A stretch of 63,973 nt of DNA, counting the filler, from an uncultured bacterium (GTDB lineage Bacteria > Latescibacterota > UBA2968): assembly GCA_964471275.1 (NCBI GenBank). It is 13 parts of 13 records of this genome, joined end to end, with 100 filler letters (N's around TTAATTAATTAA, not from the genome) between each part and the next. Parts side by side here need not be neighbours in the genome. Positions count along the whole stretch, not along the records: positions 60,084 to 63,973 come from CAYYGZ010000326.1; 12 more parts are not named here. One strand, 5' to 3'. The notes under the pieces were generated by a model that saw only the letters and a program-made list of their open reading frames with translations, made no database searches and was not told the DNA's origin. Of the stretch, positions 62,761-63,973 are shown piece by piece; positions within the stretch are counted from its first letter, which is position 1, and each line of letters starts with the position of its first letter. Position numbers and translations under genes: made by a program.

Positions 62761-63602
62761 ACGGTCTCCAGTGACTCGACGCCGGCCCATTCTGGAAGCA
62801 TACCAGCGACGTTGTTCCACACGATGTCCCGCTTCTGTTCGTCGGACAACGAACTGGCCAGCACCTTGTTCAAGGTCACCGCAAAATGGCGAATCGGAGC
62901 ATCCGATCCGTAGACCACACGCTCGTGCCCGAGTCGCTCAACAGCGATCTCGACAAGATTCGATTCCGGGTCACCACCGGATACATCGACCGCTACGTTC
63001 GGTGTTTCGCAAATATCCTCGATGCCGCGCAACCCGATCCCGTTCAGGTGTGCCATAATGATCTTCGCATCGGGATGCCGCATCCCAAGATTGGCCACAT
63101 CGGCGGGGAACGACTCCCCTTCCAGGTTCCCCATCGTCTTGATCCACGCGTGCTGAAGGACCGGCACGTCGAGCGATGTTGCCTTCTCCAGGATCGGATC
63201 CAGCCCTCGATCTGTTGCCTTCCTCGCCACCCAGAGCTTCACCCCGCACATCTTCCCCTCACCCACGCAGCGCTCGATCTCGTCGACGGACTGACTCGGA
63301 TACATCGGATTCACGTAACAGAACGGCAGAAACACATCCGGGCAGGCCTTCGTCATCGCCATCGCCCAGTCATTGGCCTCTTGGCACTGATCCATCGTCG
63401 GCTCTCTGGGTGTCGATCGATGCAGTGAGAACAGCACCATCCTCACGACACCCGATCGCCTCGCCGAAGCGACCAATCGTTCCGCATCCTCCTCGGGGTT
63501 CTGGACCTTGTAGAGTCCGAAACAGTCCAGCGGGTGCACGTGACAGTCAAGCACCGGCCACGGCGCCTTCAACTGCTCTCTCAATTCAGCAACGTCTGTC
63601 AT
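62757..63602 (-). CDS. Amidohydrolase_2 family protein
   Basis: LDCHVH, GVKL, LQH, MAHL, YGSDAP. Confidence 0.87.
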   Translation of the reverse strand: MTDVAELREQLKAPWPVLDCHVHPLDCFGLYKVQNPEEDAERLVASARRSGVVRMVLFSLHRSTPREPTMDQCQEANDWAMAMTKACPDVFLPFCYVNPMYPSQSVDEIERCVGEGKMCGVKLWVARKATDRGLDPILEKATSLDVPVLQHAWIKTMGNLEGESFPADVANLGMRHPDAKIIMAHLNGIGLRGIEDICETPNVAVDVSGGDPESNLVEIAVERLGHERVVYGSDAPIRHFAVTLNKVLASSLSDEQKRDIVWNNVAGMLPEWAGVESLETV

Positions 63603-63770
63603 CTCTCTCCACGATTCCCTTGATAACGGTTCATCCGACCCCTATTTTTCCTCGTCAGCGACACCAAACTCCGCGGGTTTCACCTCAGCTCGGACAACCG
63701 GCAGACTCCGTGGGGTTACCTTCTGTGTCCTCCGCATATTCTGCGGTTTCATCGCTTTGATCTTCAGAAA

Positions 63771-63973
63771 ATGAACATCGACAAGTTAAAGTCAGAAGTC
63801 ATTTCCCGCTACGGCGTCAACGCCGGCTCCGTCCAGATCGTTCGGTCGCCCTATCGCATTTGTCCGATGGGTGCCCATATTGACCATCAGCTCGGCCCCG
63901 TCACCGCGATGGCGATCGATCGCGCCGTCTACCTTGCCTTTGCTCCTTCCGGTTCACCCGAAGTGCGGCTGTC
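63771..63973 (+). CDS. Galactokinase-family (GHMP) kinase, 3' truncated
   Basis: Hand translation gives VRSPYRICPMGAHIDHQLGPVTAMAID, a galactokinase N-terminal signature. Not in the ORF track because it has no stop. Confidence 0.85.
   Translation, partial: MNIDKLKSEVISRYGVNAGSVQIVRSPYRICPMGAHIDHQLGPVTAMAIDRAVYLAFAPSGSPEVRL

Noticed and set aside
1..63973. rRNA or tRNA genes
   Set aside because: None recognised by eye; a tRNAscan-SE or Infernal run would be needed to exclude them.

Overview
The window is not one locus. It is 13 unrelated contigs of about 4-5 kb, joined by 100-nt artificial linkers (N-run, TTAATTAATTAA, N-run), from a GC-rich bacterial draft or metagenome bin. Twelve contigs look chromosomal. 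They carry housekeeping genes (phoH-HDIG-ybeY-CBS cluster, lpxH, rpsU, tgt, mug, ilvD, tmk, ctpA, trmB, acetolactate synthase), many sugar-catabolism and uroporphyrinogen-decarboxylase-like paralogs, arsM, several broken genes and IS3-family relics. One contig (30551-35409) is phage-like: C5 DNA methyltransferase, Holliday junction resolvase, replication/SSB-like protein, exonuclease, DnaA-C HTH protein and an AT-rich origin-like segment. It holds the most striking signal: a stand-alone 194-aa RAMP/Cas7-like gene (34389-34973) followed 7 nt later by 51 strictly in-register pentamers of the form GGY-NN (34981-35235). This is a candidate RNA-guided system with a non-CRISPR, interleaved guide. 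The methyltransferase on the same contig appears dual-coded, with motif IX in an overlapping frame. All product calls come from motif recognition by eye, with no database search.
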